Assembly: GCF_001194135.2 (NCBI RefSeq)
Contig: NC_068994.1
Coordinates: forward strand, 34,600,874 to 34,664,873
Length of the DNA stretch: 64,000 bases
DNA from: Octopus bimaculoides
Taxonomy: Eukaryota
Direction: 5' to 3'
In this document: positions 27,395 through 39,922 of the stretch, piece after piece
How the letters are laid out: every line of letters starts with the position of its first letter
How positions within the stretch are numbered: the stretch's first letter is position 1
Made by a program: the position numbers and the translations under genes
Notes under the pieces: generated by a model
The model's input: the letters and a program-made list of their open reading frames with translations, nothing else
Told to the model about the DNA's origin: nothing
Database searches by the model: none

Positions 27395-27617
27395 TAAATC
27401 CTTTCAATACCAACCCAGCTGAAACTGGCTCTGTAGTACAATTGTCTTGTTTTCATAAGTTTTGAATCAAAATCTTCCACCAAACCTTAGTCACAATTTA
27501 TGTTCCTAACACTAGCTGAATGATAACTAAGTTATTTTACTAAATTCCTTGTTATATTTAAAATAATTGAAAGAAACAATGAGCATCTCAAAATAAGTAT
27601 GGTAATGAAAGGGTTAA
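27395..27617. mobile_element. piggyBac-type MITE (~215 bp) with TTAA-like target duplication
   Basis: Left end AATCCTTTCAATACCA vs reverse complement of right end AACCCTTTCATTACCA (2 mismatches). The right end is GGG-TTAA (27611-27617); the left TSD has decayed to TAAA. Confidence 0.65.
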
Positions 27618-30089
27618 AGGTTGAAATGATTGAGAACAAATACCTTCTACCTTGGTCAAGCCCTTGCAGGTGGGGCTCAGAATTTCTTTTCTGGAAAGTA
27701 GCCCATCCCACTCAAAAGGTTCCTGAATAAGGGTTGTTTAAGGATGTTGAACGAAACACCCATGTTTCCAGAGATGAATTATTGAAACCCCAAAGAATTC
27801 CTCTCAACACATGGCTATGATGCTCCCCGACTACTTCTGCTCATGATCAGAGATGCTCATATTATCAGCCAGCAAAAGACATAATAAACTTGTTAAGGTC
27901 AAACAACTGACAAGCAAATCTGTAGTATTGAACAGATTATTTGCTGTAGACCAAGACAAAACAATGTACATGATAACACTTCTAATCAGTTAAGATCAGA
28001 AGCTATGAGAGCCAGTGCCTAGTGTCATCACTACTAGGTTGATGATATTGGTATGACAACACTGATGGTGATGTAGTGTTAAAGCTGATAATAACTATAC
28101 AATTGTGATGGTGGTGATGATGATGATGATGATAAGAATTATATGATTATGTGAATGCCTGCATGCATGCATATGTGTGTGAGAGGTACTGGTCTAGCAT
28201 GTGGTGTTTGTGTGTGTGTGTGTGTGTGTGTGCTCTAGAAAATAAAAAGCATACTGCTGAAATTATCTGACAAAAAATTGAGCAAATTTACAAATTTAAA
28301 TGATTTATGCTTCATTGAAAAACAAATTTATTGAAATTTTAAAATTGTATTTTTACTTAGCTTTAGTGAGTAAGTTAGTAATGAAAAAACAATATGAGCA
28401 GAAGGAGGAGGAGGGGAGGAGGGGAGGAGGAGAAGAAGAAGAAGAAGAAAGCAGAGATAACTGCAACAGCATCTTTATATATACAGCTTTATATTGAAGA
28501 TAGTTAGTTATTGAGACATTGAAAACATCAATCTATGAAAACCATATGGTAGAATTAGTCACTTAGTTAATTAGATAGTGCATAAGAAAGTGTTTATCTC
28601 CACAGACTGATATAGCTGCATCATCACCAACTAGAAGACTAAAAGAGTGTCAGAGCACAGGAGACACACTGAAGAGAGAAAGCAATTACAGAGGTCTAAG
28701 TCAGTCTCAGAAGTAGCTGAAAGGGTTTTAGAGCAAATGAAAGTACTTTAGAATTGGGTTAAAATTCAGGGGAAAAAAATATATAGAAATTGGTAATAGA
28801 TTGTTAGTGATAATTAGTCTGTAGTTGAATTTGATTAATTCAGAGTTTCAATTTTACTTGTCCTTTGTCTAAGAGTGAAGACCAGAGAAAAAGTTCAGAA
28901 TAGATTTAGCTTTGGGTTTTGTGCCAGAAAGATGTGTAATCATAGATGACATATCTCTAGTTAGGCAACTGCTAAAGAGGTTATTAACTAAGAATTGCTA
29001 ATGTAATATAAAAACCTTGACCAACAGATAAACTTCCAGCAGATAAATGACAGAGAGCCAACTTTGACTGGTAGCTTTATATGGGTTTTACAATGGGTTT
29101 CAAAAGTATTCTAGTATTACTCTGTCAAATGTTATGCTTACTTATTCACATTGTTTTGAACTAAGCATGCATTATCGCATAGCTTTGAGATTCTGATGAT
29201 GTAACTGTTTATTTTTTTAAATAACATTTTTAGATAGGTGTGAGAGGCTTGATCTGACCAGTTTGGACATGAAAGAGGTAGAATATTTAGGTCTAAGTTT
29301 GGTTTAAATGCTAAAGGGTTCATAACAGCATTACCTTTTTCATAATTAACTGGTGTTTGGAGCACAAAAAAAAACAAAAAACATTTTGCATTAAATTATG
29401 AAATGTTTTAAATTAAAATATGAATATATTAAAATAAGAGAATTTATATAATACAGGCAGCTAGAGGCAGTTTCAGGTAAGTAGGTTCTCAAAAAATGTT
29501 AAGACAGTAGAGTAAGAAAAATGATTTGATTGGTTGTTGGTTTAGAAGTACTGAACAGATGTAGTGTTATAGTATGTGAGTATAACATTTGTGTGGATGA
29601 CATACATAGAAGAAATACTCTGAACATTTAACAGCTCAGTGTCCCTTTTTCACAGAACAGTGTTTTTTAATGTCCCCAACACCAGAAAAAATAATGCAGA
29701 TTATATCAATTAAACAACAGTTAATTTGGGGTAATGGCTTTGTAATCCATGTTGTTTCAAAGGTGAAAAGTAAAGCTAACCATTTCTAAACATGCACACG
29801 CACACACACACGCACACACACACACACACGGTGATAGATAGATTGTAGATTCACAATGAAGTGAATTGCAATTAAATGAAAAGGGCACTGCCTCTTCTGA
29901 TGAGTTGGATGCATTCAACACTAAACTTTAAATCGTGTGGAGCTGAGTAAAACTGTTATTAATATATATATTTATATATTGTTGACATCATAAGAACTTG
30001 GAAACTTTGAAGAGAGAGGCCATCCATACATACAGGCATGTCCTTTACAGCCATGACTCTGCACCCCAATTCTTCTCTCAGCTGAGAGG

Positions 30090-30450
30090 TCCTTGTCTTG
30101 TGAGCTCACGAGTGCTTGTGCCATGTAAAAAGCGCCCATTTCAGTGTTACACCAAAAGCACCTGTGTTGGTGCCACACCAAAAGTATTTGTGTTGGTGGC
30201 ACATAAAAGGCACCTGTACTGGTGATATATGTAGAGCACCCACGCTGGTGTCATGTAATAGCACTGGTGCTGGTGCCACATAAAATGCCCCTCATTCTAC
30301 TCTGTGAAGTGGTTGGTATTAGAAAGGCCATCCAGTTATAGAAATTATGCCAGAACAGGCAGTTGAAGCCTGGTGCAGCTCTCTGGCTGGGAAACTATCA
30401 AACGGTCCAATCCATGCCAGCATGGAAAACAGATGTTAAATGATGATGAT
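30090..30450 (+). mobile_element. Interspersed repeat, local family F: internal GCC/GGC-ATGTAAAAAGCAC-type units and a CCATGCCAGCATGGAAAA..GTTAAA(TGA)n tail
   Basis: Homologous to 16865-17147 (+) and 63082-63510 (-). The retroposon-like tail also occurs alone at ~7870-8000 and ~59940-60005. Confidence 0.7.
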
Positions 30451-31851
30451 AACGAAGTCAATGATTAGCAAGTGCTGTTCATTATCAACTGGAATTATTC
30501 ATTGTTGAAACCAACAGATGCATTTGTTGTACTTACATATACATACTAACTTATGTATATACATACATGCGTGTGTGTGTGTGTATGTGTGCATGTGTAT
30601 ATGAGTGTATGTATATGCGTGTGCATGTATGTATATGTGTATATGCATATACATATGTGTATGCATAGGTATATGTGTGTGTGTGTGTGTGCATGTGTGT
30701 GTATATGTATGCATGCATTAAAACTTTTTCTATCTTCTATATCACATACACACAGATACAGACACATGCACACAGACACACACACACACACACACACGCA
30801 TGAAAATGTAGACACATGTATATGATGCATTGACATTCTATAATATTAGCCACCCTGGAAGCAGAAGCATGGTGAAAACTTCTCCTTACATGCTATACTG
30901 CTAAAACTGTATTAAGTAAGCCTGCCACATAGGAAATATCAAACTGCTGATTGACCTTAGTGGAGACAAAGTGTCCACCAATAGGGTATTAATATCACAG
31001 CAGGCGATGAATTTGTGCATCCATCAAGTGTGATTGAGGCGAAAGCTATCCAGACATCGCAGCATCTGTAAGCTCTGTTATGCAGGCTGGTGGAGAGAAG
31101 GAGAGAGAGAGAGATTGTGTGTGTGTGTGTGTAAGTTAATGAAGCTGCCTTTGTTGTTGGACACAAACACACATACACAAAAACACCTACATATGCACAC
31201 ACACACACACACACACACAAACACATATATATGCACATACAAATACACACACATGCAATGTAATCCCTATCATATATTAATTCATCAGTGAAGCACAGTA
31301 GAAGTCTGTGCTTTGTTACATCATTTTATGTCATTATCACATTTGTATTATATGTTCATGAATGCAAGTATGTATATGCATGTACACACACACACACACA
31401 CACTTCCACACAAACTTACATAAGTATTTATGTATGTGTATGAGTATCCATAGATACCTATATGTGTGTGTTAATATATATCTTTTTTTTAACATGCAAG
31501 TCTTTTCAAGAAATTTCTCTAAGACAAAAGAATATGGCCACTGTCATTCTACATTTGTGTGTGTGTGTATGTGTGCATATATATCCAAATTGAGGGAATG
31601 GAGCAGGTAAAATTCAGGCTACATATGTTTCCTAGGTAGCAGAACCTCAGAAGTAATAATTACTCGATGAGGGGTACTCTGCTAGCTACTCATCAGGCTG
31701 AAGTTAGATGGTTAAATGAAGGTTACATTGCCAGCAAGAGATCCCCAGACTGATTGAAGCTTATTAAGTTCCTACACCTGGATCCCATAATTACATATCA
31801 TTATATAATACACATCGATATGAGTTTCACATATATATATATATATATATA

Positions 31852-31883
<32 letters not shown>

Positions 31884-34800
31884 TGCACACATGGCTGTTA
31901 AAATGATATAAAACACAGTGTCCCTCTCTACATTTCTCTCTTTCACACACACACACACACACACGCACACTCACTCACACATACACACACACACGCATAT
32001 ACAATAGACCAGTCCCTCTAGCTGAGACAGCCTCTGCAAAACATTCTCCAAGGTGAACAAAGTTGCTTTCAGAGGAAAAGAAGCTATGAGTTTCTCCACA
32101 CATACACTGACATTTTTGAGAGAGAAGACTCTGTCATAAAATATTCACAGGCCCCTACTTTGTTCTTCAGATCCTAGACTGATGAACCAACCAACCAACC
32201 AACCAACCAGCTAACCTCTCTTTCACCCCTGCCTCTTAAAAGTCATGTTAAAAAGACCAAGTTGTAATGGTCAAGTATATTTCACTACAGAACTGACGAA
32301 GGGCAATGAATGCTCGAAATATTAGGCTTCTTCCTTCTACCACAGTGGCAAACCAATCGTAATAAATCTGGTGAAAGATTAAGCCTGCTCTCTTTGAACA
32401 TCTTGACATGTTCTCACCCAGACAAGCTTCCACACAGTTTTCCATCTACCAAACATCAACTTGAGACTACATCAAATGACACTTGCCCAAGTTGCCATGC
32501 TGTCAGAATGAACCCAGAACTATGTATTCAAGAAGTAAATGCCTTAATCACATAGCCATACTTGTGCTCATGGATATGCTTATGACCAGATATTATAACC
32601 TCATAGTTTTGAGTTCAAACCAAATACTGGCATTTTATTGAATACTTGGGCAATATAATTAATTCTCAGTTTCACATACAAATTAACACTGGAAATAGTT
32701 AAGCCATGTATCTTGTCTCTTGTGATAGGAGAAGGTCAGTTATCTCTTGTATCCATTTAAAGTGATGACACCCCTTCTCTGGTCAGTTTCATTATATTGC
32801 CAAGTTTTAAAGATGGTGGGTCATTTTCCCACTGGCCAGTTCATCTATGATCTGGTTTCACTTCCACTTGAAGCTTATTCTTTTTTTTTTTTTTGAATGT
32901 CTTTCCAGGATCTGAAGACATGCACTTTTATCAGAAATCAAATTAGGGGGCCAAACTGGAAACTCCATTGTAATTATTTGACCTACTAGAAATAGGAGCT
33001 AAATAACTCACAGACCACACACTACTGTCATTAAAGAGAAAGAGAGAAACATATTCAGTAGATTAAGTCTGAATGAAAGTTGAGAATAATCATGATTGGA
33101 ATGTCTGCTTAAACAATAAAATTTAAATACTCAATCTGGTTACACACATACAAACAAAACCATAAAAAGAGCTAGTGAGGAAACTTCTACATGGGCACAA
33201 AATTTGCTAGAAATATCAGTTGAATCAGATCACAACAATTTTAAGACAAAAAAAAAAAAAATACGATGTATTCAATATGTCTGACAAAAAGAAGGGTTGG
33301 TTATGGCTGGAAAATATTTGATCTTAGGTCTGCTTAAACAGCAACATGATTTAAATTTTTAAAGTCCTTAACTTGGTTTTAGGCAGTTCACTATATTTAC
33401 ATTGCTAGTGCACTTTGAAATGGCCTGATTCACCTAGAATCTCAATTCACTTTATAAGCACTCCTTAGAAAGTGGCTCCACCCAGTAAGAAATGTTTAAC
33501 CGAAGTAAGAAATGTTTAGGGATCACTTAAAAGCATATGGTTCCATCCACCTTACAATAAGCTATTTAGCTTAGCCTAAGAAATGTGTAGGAGCAGGGCT
33601 GTGCTGTCTTCAGACATGAGTATACCAAGCAGTTGTTCAGGATCTTCACCCTGCCCACCAGTGGTACTCTATGAATGTTAGGACTTGCTGTCAATAAATA
33701 AACAAATGAATACTATAGGGTTCCCACTGCATGTCTTTGCTTAGGGAGGTGTTGTAATCATGTTAAGGATGGCCTTGGCATAGGGTTATTTGTGTGAGTG
33801 GCTTAAAGGAAATAGTAGAAAATTAGAGCTGACAATGAAAAATTTCTTAAAATATGCGATTAGTGTTTTGGCAGGAATATATTCTGGTGAGTGAGTAAAT
33901 GGTAAGAGATCCATGGAATGAAGGAAAATTTTCATTTGGAATTCAAACTCTCACACTCATACACATGTGTGCGCACACACTCATGCATATACACACTCAC
34001 ACACAGACAAGCATATGCAATCATTCACTTTTTACACACATGCACATTTGCAATACTTCATACACGCACGTAAAGGTAAGCGGATGAGTGGGGAGATGAA
34101 TATAAGTACACAAGTTGCACTGAATAGTTTCAGCTAGGGTTAAGAGTACAAAGTACAAATTAACAAGTACAGAATAAGTAGAATCCATTGTAGCAGTTGT
34201 TAAAAAGGGGGGAAAAAGATAAAAGCATATAGTATTAACCGGGAACCAAGATCTGAATATGTTCTGTTCAAAAAAAAAAAAAAAATGGTCCATTGATCAG
34301 GATAATATACTTGTTTTTTTTAGTGGGTTTTTTGTGGGGTTTTTTTCTCTTTTTTTGTTAACTTTTTTGTTCTCCTTTTCTTTTTTGTTGAATTTTTTTT
34401 GTTTATTTTTCTTCTTCTTTTCTTTTGGAATTCACTTCTAATCTTTCATCAGTGAAATGGGGAGCAAAAACAACATCTGATATAAAAGTCTGCTACCAGA
34501 CTGAAATTTTATCAAACACTTATGTTTGTATTTCAAAGTCAATTGCTTTTGCTACCNNNNNNNNNNNNNNNNNNNNNNNNNNNNNNNNNNNNNNNNNNNN
34601 NNNNNNNNNNNNNNNNNNNNNNNNNNNNNNNNNNNNNNNNNNNNNNNNNNNNNNNNNNNNNNNNNNNNNNNNNNNNNNNNNNNNNNNNNNNNNNNNNNNN
34701 NNNNNNNNNNNNNNNNNNNNNNNNNNNNNNNNNNNNNNNNNNNNNNNNNNNNNNNNNNNNNNNNNNNNNNNNNNNNNNNNNNNNNNNNNNNNNNNNNNNN

Positions 34801-35150
34801 NNNNNNNNNNNNNNNNNNNNNNNNNNNNNNNNNNNNNNNNNNNNNNNNNNNNNNNNNNNNNNNNNNNNTTCGTTTTATTTTAATTTCAAGGAAGGAAAGA
34901 AGTTTATTGAGGGACATTGTTTGTTGTGATGTGTAGGAGAGAGAAACACAAAAACAGAGAAGCAAAGTGTGAGATAAACATGTGCACACACACATATACA
35001 CCACACACACACACGTGAAGTGAGACTCGCACACAAAAGAATGAGAGAGAGAAAGAGGGAGAGACAGACAGAAAGAGGGGAAAGAGAGAGAGAGACATAC
35101 ATAAAGTGAGAGCGAGACACACAAAGAGAAGAGAGAAAGAAAAAATGAGA

Positions 35151-35222
35151 GAGAGAGATGTACACTTACAAAGAGAGAGATGTACACTTACAAAGAGAGA
35201 GATGTACACTCACAAAGAGAGA
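35151..35222. repeat. 22-bp tandem repeat x3 (GAGAGAGATGTACACTTACAAA)
   Basis: Directly visible triplication. Confidence 0.85.
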
Positions 35223-35574
35223 GAAAGAGAGACATATATACAGAGAGCGTCATTATACTGAGATGGACATATGCGCCAAGCAAAAAAAAAGTTGACGTAA
35301 GAAGGTATTAATGAAAGTGGAAGAGGAAGACTTCACGATGAAAAGCTGAGGAGAGACTTGTGAATGTGTAGGATGATAGAGTGAAGCAGGGTGGAAGATA
35401 ATAAGAGATAAGATGATGTGGGATATGAAACAATTGAAAATATCGAAAATTGTAGACCTATCTAACCCACTAATAATATCGAAATGATAAACTTTTTAAA
35501 GAGTTGATGATAGTTATGGGTACAATGCCAACAATTTCAAGGCAAGAAGTAAGTTAATTATATTAACTAGTGTT

Positions 35575-35662
35575 CATTGAGTATCAGTTGAACACTGGGG
35601 TCAAGAAAAATAGACTTTTACCATCCCCTGAAATTGCTGGCTTTGTACCAAAATTTGAAACA
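35575..35662 (+). mobile_element. 3' half of a family A SINE whose (ATT)n tail abuts the R4/Dong fragment
   Basis: GTATCAGTTGAACACTGGGGTC...CCAAAATTTGAAACAATT matches the family A 3' end. Confidence 0.65.
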
Positions 35663-35673
35663 ATTATTTATTA

Positions 35674-35721
<48 letters not shown>

Positions 35722-35724
<3 letters not shown>

Positions 35725-35960
35725 TAGTTTTATTTTTATAGCGTGCTTTCACTTCACTACCAAATGCAGCTCTATGTGCATTGGGTATGTGCTGTGGTTT
35801 GCTGTGATGCTCTTATGGTTACTGTATTGAAAGTGTTTTGCGTAGGATGTGTGCAGTGCCCAGTAGTGCAATTTTCTGTATGTTATATATATTTGTAAGT
35901 CCTGGTGTTTTTGTTATGTATTTCTCTGAATATTTTTTTATTATACCTAAGGCGCCTATA
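35722..35960 (-). mobile_element. Short 3' fragment of an R4/Dong-like RLE non-LTR retrotransposon inserted in (TAA)n
   Basis: IGALGIIKK..EKYI.KTPGL..IY.IQKIALLGTAHILRKTLS* is the typical C-terminus of R4-clade ORFs. A ~100-nt 3' UTR follows, and (TTA)n flanks both sides. Confidence 0.8.
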
Positions 35961-36233
35961 TTATTATTGTTATTATTATTATTAATGGGAAGGTGAATCA
36001 TGAGAGTGTTGGAAATCATAGCAGAATCATAAGAGTGTTGGAGAAAAATGCTTTGTGGTAGTTGTTCACATTCTTCACATTCTGAGCTCAAATCCCATGA
36101 AGGTCAACTTTGCCTTTCATCCTTTTGATGTTGATAAAAAGTACTAAATGAAGTACTGGATAGATAGAATTGACTGACTGTCAACCCTCAAAATGATTAG
36201 CCTTATATTTAAAATCAGACACTCTTCTTCTTC

Positions 36234-36265
<32 letters not shown>

Positions 36266-36808
36266 GAGGAGAGCCTTATACAATTTGCAATAAATAGGGA
36301 TTGACTCTATTTATTGAACTGAATAATATTTCAACAGTATGTCTGTTATCCTCAAGTTCAAGATGGAAAAGGACCCTAGTAATACAGAAATTCAAACAGG
36401 ATTATCTTGTGTTCCTTTTTAGACAGAATGATGTCATTAATTACAAATCATACCATGCTCTTCTAATTGGTTATTTACCTTTGTGAAGAGTTTTGTCAAT
36501 CTTCATAAATTATTATAAGCAGGCCTACTCTAAACTTGCACCTGTAGATGATGTGAAGAGAGCACTTGCCCTAGTGGCTAGATTTTCCATGGGCTTGTGG
36601 GGTTTCTACAAACAGCTTAGGTAGTCTACCTCTTTAGAGGAATTATTCTTTGTTAAAAATTTTTTTTTTTAACTATTTATTTTTACTTGCATTTTATGTA
36701 ACTCCCACATTCTATTGTTCTGCGCCATCCCCAACATTTTTGCGAAACCTTAGAGGTTAATAAAGAAAACATTATTATTGTTATTATCATTATTAATTTT
36801 ATTATTAT

Positions 36809-37007
36809 CAGTGAGCTGGCAGAACTGTTAGCACACTGGGCATTTTAGTCCATCTTTATGTTCTGAGTTCAAATTCAAATGAGGTAAACTTTGCCTTTCA
36901 TCCTTTTGTGGGGGTCGATAAAACAAGTACCAGTTGAACACTAGGGTCAAGGCAATCCACTCATCCCCTCCCCCAAAATAGCTGCCCTTGTGGCAAAATT
37001 TGAAACC
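36809..37007 (+). mobile_element. tRNA-derived SINE, family A, with (ATT)n tail
   Basis: A-box GAGCTGGCAGAACTGTTAGC, B-box GAGTTCAAATTC, body CTTTGCCTTTCATCC..GTCGATAAAACAAGTACCAGTTGA, end AAAATTTGAAACC(ATT)n. Confidence 0.85.
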
Positions 37008-37411
37008 ATTATTATTATTACAATTATTATTATTATTATTGTTATTATTATTATTGAGCAACATCAATAACTATATGGAAGAGTATTCATTCATTGGCTT
37101 GTCATACAGACTGCAGGGATTACACCATTGCTTGTTGACTGCAAAAAAATTAACTGAAGTGAACCTCTGCCCACAGAAATCTATGTGGCTAGTGTCTGGC
37201 AAAAACCTTGCTGATCTTTTAACACTACTAAATAGCAAAACACTCAGCAAGTTTTACAGTGTTTCTACGACTACTCACAACAAAACATTCTGTCCTATGG
37301 CCTAAGGAAATGAGAGTTCAGTGCCATTAACATGGATACAATGTAGGATGTGGGCTGTGTTGACCTTTTAAATAACTATAGGTAAATATTGATTTTTAAC
37401 ATAGATAATTA

Positions 37412-37626
37412 TAGGCTTCAAATTTTGGCACAGGGCCAGCAATTTTAGGGGTGAGGTAAGTTGGTTACATCGACCCCTAATAATCAATCAGTACCTATTT
37501 TATCACCTTGGAAGGGTGAAAGGCAAAGTTGACCTTGGCGGAATTTGAACTCAGAATGTATATCATCGGACGAAATGCCACTATGCATTTTGGCCAGCAT
37601 GCTAATGATTCTGCTAGTTCACTGCC
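37412..37626 (-). mobile_element. tRNA-derived SINE, family A
   Basis: Full-length reverse copy (GAAAGGCAAAGTTGACCTTGGCGGAATTTGAACTCAGAA on the plus strand). Confidence 0.85.
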
Positions 37627-37657
37627 TTTTTTTTTTTTTATTTATGCACCCTTTTAA

Positions 37658-37942
37658 AGCCTAGCCAGGCTCATGGGCCCGGTTCCCTGGTTTCTATGGT
37701 GTATGTGTCCCTGCCCCCACCAGCTGGACAGGATGCCAGCTCATCACAGTTTTACTCAAGAAACAGTGAGAGAAAGTTGGGGCGAAAGAGTACAACAGGG
37801 GTTGCCACCACCCCCTGTTGGAGCCTCGTGGAGCTTTAGGTGTTTTCGCTCAATAAACACACACAACGCCCAGTCTGGGAATCGAAACCACGATCCTCCA
37901 ACCTCGAATCCTAACCACTGGGCCATTGTGCCTCCACCGTTC
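37658..37942 (-). mobile_element. Modular/chimeric SINE: family C head and 5' body joined to a family D-type 3' module
   Basis: Minus strand reads GGTGGAGGCACAATGGCCCAGTGGTTAGG..CTAAAGCTCCACGAGGCTCC..CTCTCACTGTTTCTTG, then AGTAAAACTGTGATGAGCTGGCATCCTGTCCAGCTGG..GAAACCAGGGAACCGGGCCCATGAGCCTGGCTAGGC. Confidence 0.7.
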
Positions 37943-37984
37943 ACTGCCTTAACAGAGATAAATATAGTTTTCTAACATAAGCAC

Positions 37985-38130
37985 CCCCCCCCCCTACTTT
38001 ACTGAGACTTTACTTCATTGACCCTGGTGGGATTGAAAGGCAAAGTTGATCTTGGTTGAAATTTGAACTCAGAATTTTACGGGTCATGAATAAATGCTAC
38101 AAGGTATTTTGTCTAATTCTGATGTTCCTG
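37985..38130 (-). mobile_element. Partial SINE, family A
   Basis: GAAAGGCAAAGTTGATCTTGG..AATTTGAACTCAGAA core. Confidence 0.6.
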
Positions 38131-39715
38131 ACATATATTACTGACAGAAACACCATCCCCATCACTATCATGATTAATGCTGCCAGTGTCGTTATCGACA
38201 ATACTACTATCATCAATATATTTATATCAATTTTTGATATGATGTCATGGGTTGGATAGGTCTGTAGTATAATACATTACTGAGGTTTTGGAAATAGAGA
38301 CTATGTGGCTTTTGAGAACAACGTCTCCTTCATACTCACTCTTTCTCTTTCTCTCTCTCACACACACACACACACAAAAACAAACAGACAATTACATCAA
38401 CAAAGAAAGAATGACCATGGCTAGAGACACATCATAGTGAAACACTTTGCTGTTTATTCTATATAACTTTGCTAAAGCTCAGGCTACTCAAGCTACCAAA
38501 CAACCACCAACATCATCATCACCACCACCACCACCACAACAACAACAGAAACCACAACAATAACAACAACTAGAATTTCAGGAAAAAAAAAATATTACCA
38601 AATTCAACTCTTCTCATGAAAGTTGCTAATCTGATGACATTTTCAAATGGACGATAAGGAGGAAGGGGGTGGGTAGGCGGGCAAGCAATATTGTCCATTC
38701 TCAGTGAGAAAACTGGTTAAGATTAGTGTAAACAGAGAGGACCAAGGGAGGTAACTTCAGTCTGAGGTGAATCTGATTTAAAACACAGGTAATATGAAAC
38801 GTTCAGTCTCCTCGGGTTTTCATTGTATAATCCAGTGTGAGTGGAAGTGCTTGAGTCCAAATGTGTGTGTGTATGTGTGTGCGTGCGTGGGTGGAAGTAC
38901 TTGAGTGTTCATACTATGTTCGTGTATGAACCTGTTTAAGTGAGTAAAAATGAGTTCATATTTTTTTTATGTGTGTATGTGTGACAATGCTTGAGTCCAT
39001 ATATATATATGTGTGTGTATGTGTGTTTGTGACGATGTATGTATGTATGTGCATGTGTCCATGAAACTGTATGATATTTTTCTGAATTTCACGTGACATT
39101 AGCGACAATTTTGGAAAGAAAAAAATGTGATGAGTATCATTTATAAATATATTTTTTTATTTTGTTTTGAGGAAATTAACCCCAAATTTCCCACTTTTGC
39201 TCTGCATTCTTCTCTTGCAGCAACACACACACGCACACATGCGCTCACACTTCTATAATATATATACACTCACACATTCATATAAGCATACTTAAATCTG
39301 ATGCACAAATATACACACAAATATGCATCCATATATATATATATATATATACATACACATGTATATACAATAATATATATATATCCTTATATATACATAT
39401 ATAAAGACATACACACACGCATACACATTCACCAAATACAGTTATTTCCTCTCCTCTTTTGCTCTTTTCTGTCTGTTATTTCATCACACACACACTCACA
39501 CTCACTCACACATATAAAGATATAATTTGCAAGTTCTTATTAAATGCATACACGCATACACACAAAAATAGCACCTTTTCAATGACAAGTTCAATGAGGA
39601 CTTTTCTTTCCCCATTTTTTTTCTTTTCTTTGTGATTTATTTATTTTTTTTACTGGAAATAATTCATTAAGAAGTTCAACGAGGGATGGAACGACTTAAT
39701 TGATACGGAATATAC

Positions 39716-39848
39716 CTGGGAGAGTTTCATAATGCCTACTGCCAGACTCACTCCAGCTGGTTTCGCTGCCTTCCAGGGAAGACAAAGTTGAAATTGTGTT
39801 CAGTTGTTCAGGGGAGATAACCATGCGTTTTTCCTTATTAACTGCAGT
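39716..39848 (-). CDS. Pcdh: Protocadherin coding exon 2 (133 nt; TAVNKEKRMVISPEQLNTISTLSSLEGSETSWSESGSRHYETLP-G)
   Basis: A polypyrimidine tract and the acceptor TGGCAG|ACT (phase 0) match the exon 1 donor. The donor CCAG|GTATAT (phase 1) matches exon 3. The Ser-rich WSE...HYETLPG peptide resembles cephalopod protocadherin tails as I recall them (not search-verified). Confidence 0.8.
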
Positions 39849-39915
39849 CTGCCAGATTGGATGATGGTGTTCATTCGTGTATATGAAATAAAAAGAGAAG
39901 AGAAAGAAGAAAATA

Positions 39916-39922
39916 ATTAGTG
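39916..39922 (-). promoter_or_regulatory. Candidate distant branch point CACTAAT for exon 2 (branch A at 39917)
   Basis: Matches YNYTRAY and is immediately followed by the polypyrimidine tract. No AG occurs on the minus strand from 40017 to 39851. Confidence 0.5.

Larger units (their letters stand above)
3443..39715 (-). other. Predicted protocadherin intron 2 (36,273 bp incl. gaps), GT-AG, phase 1
   Basis: Lies between the exon 2 donor GTATAT and the exon 3 acceptor CAG; no other cadherin-like ORF is visible in it. Confidence 0.7.
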
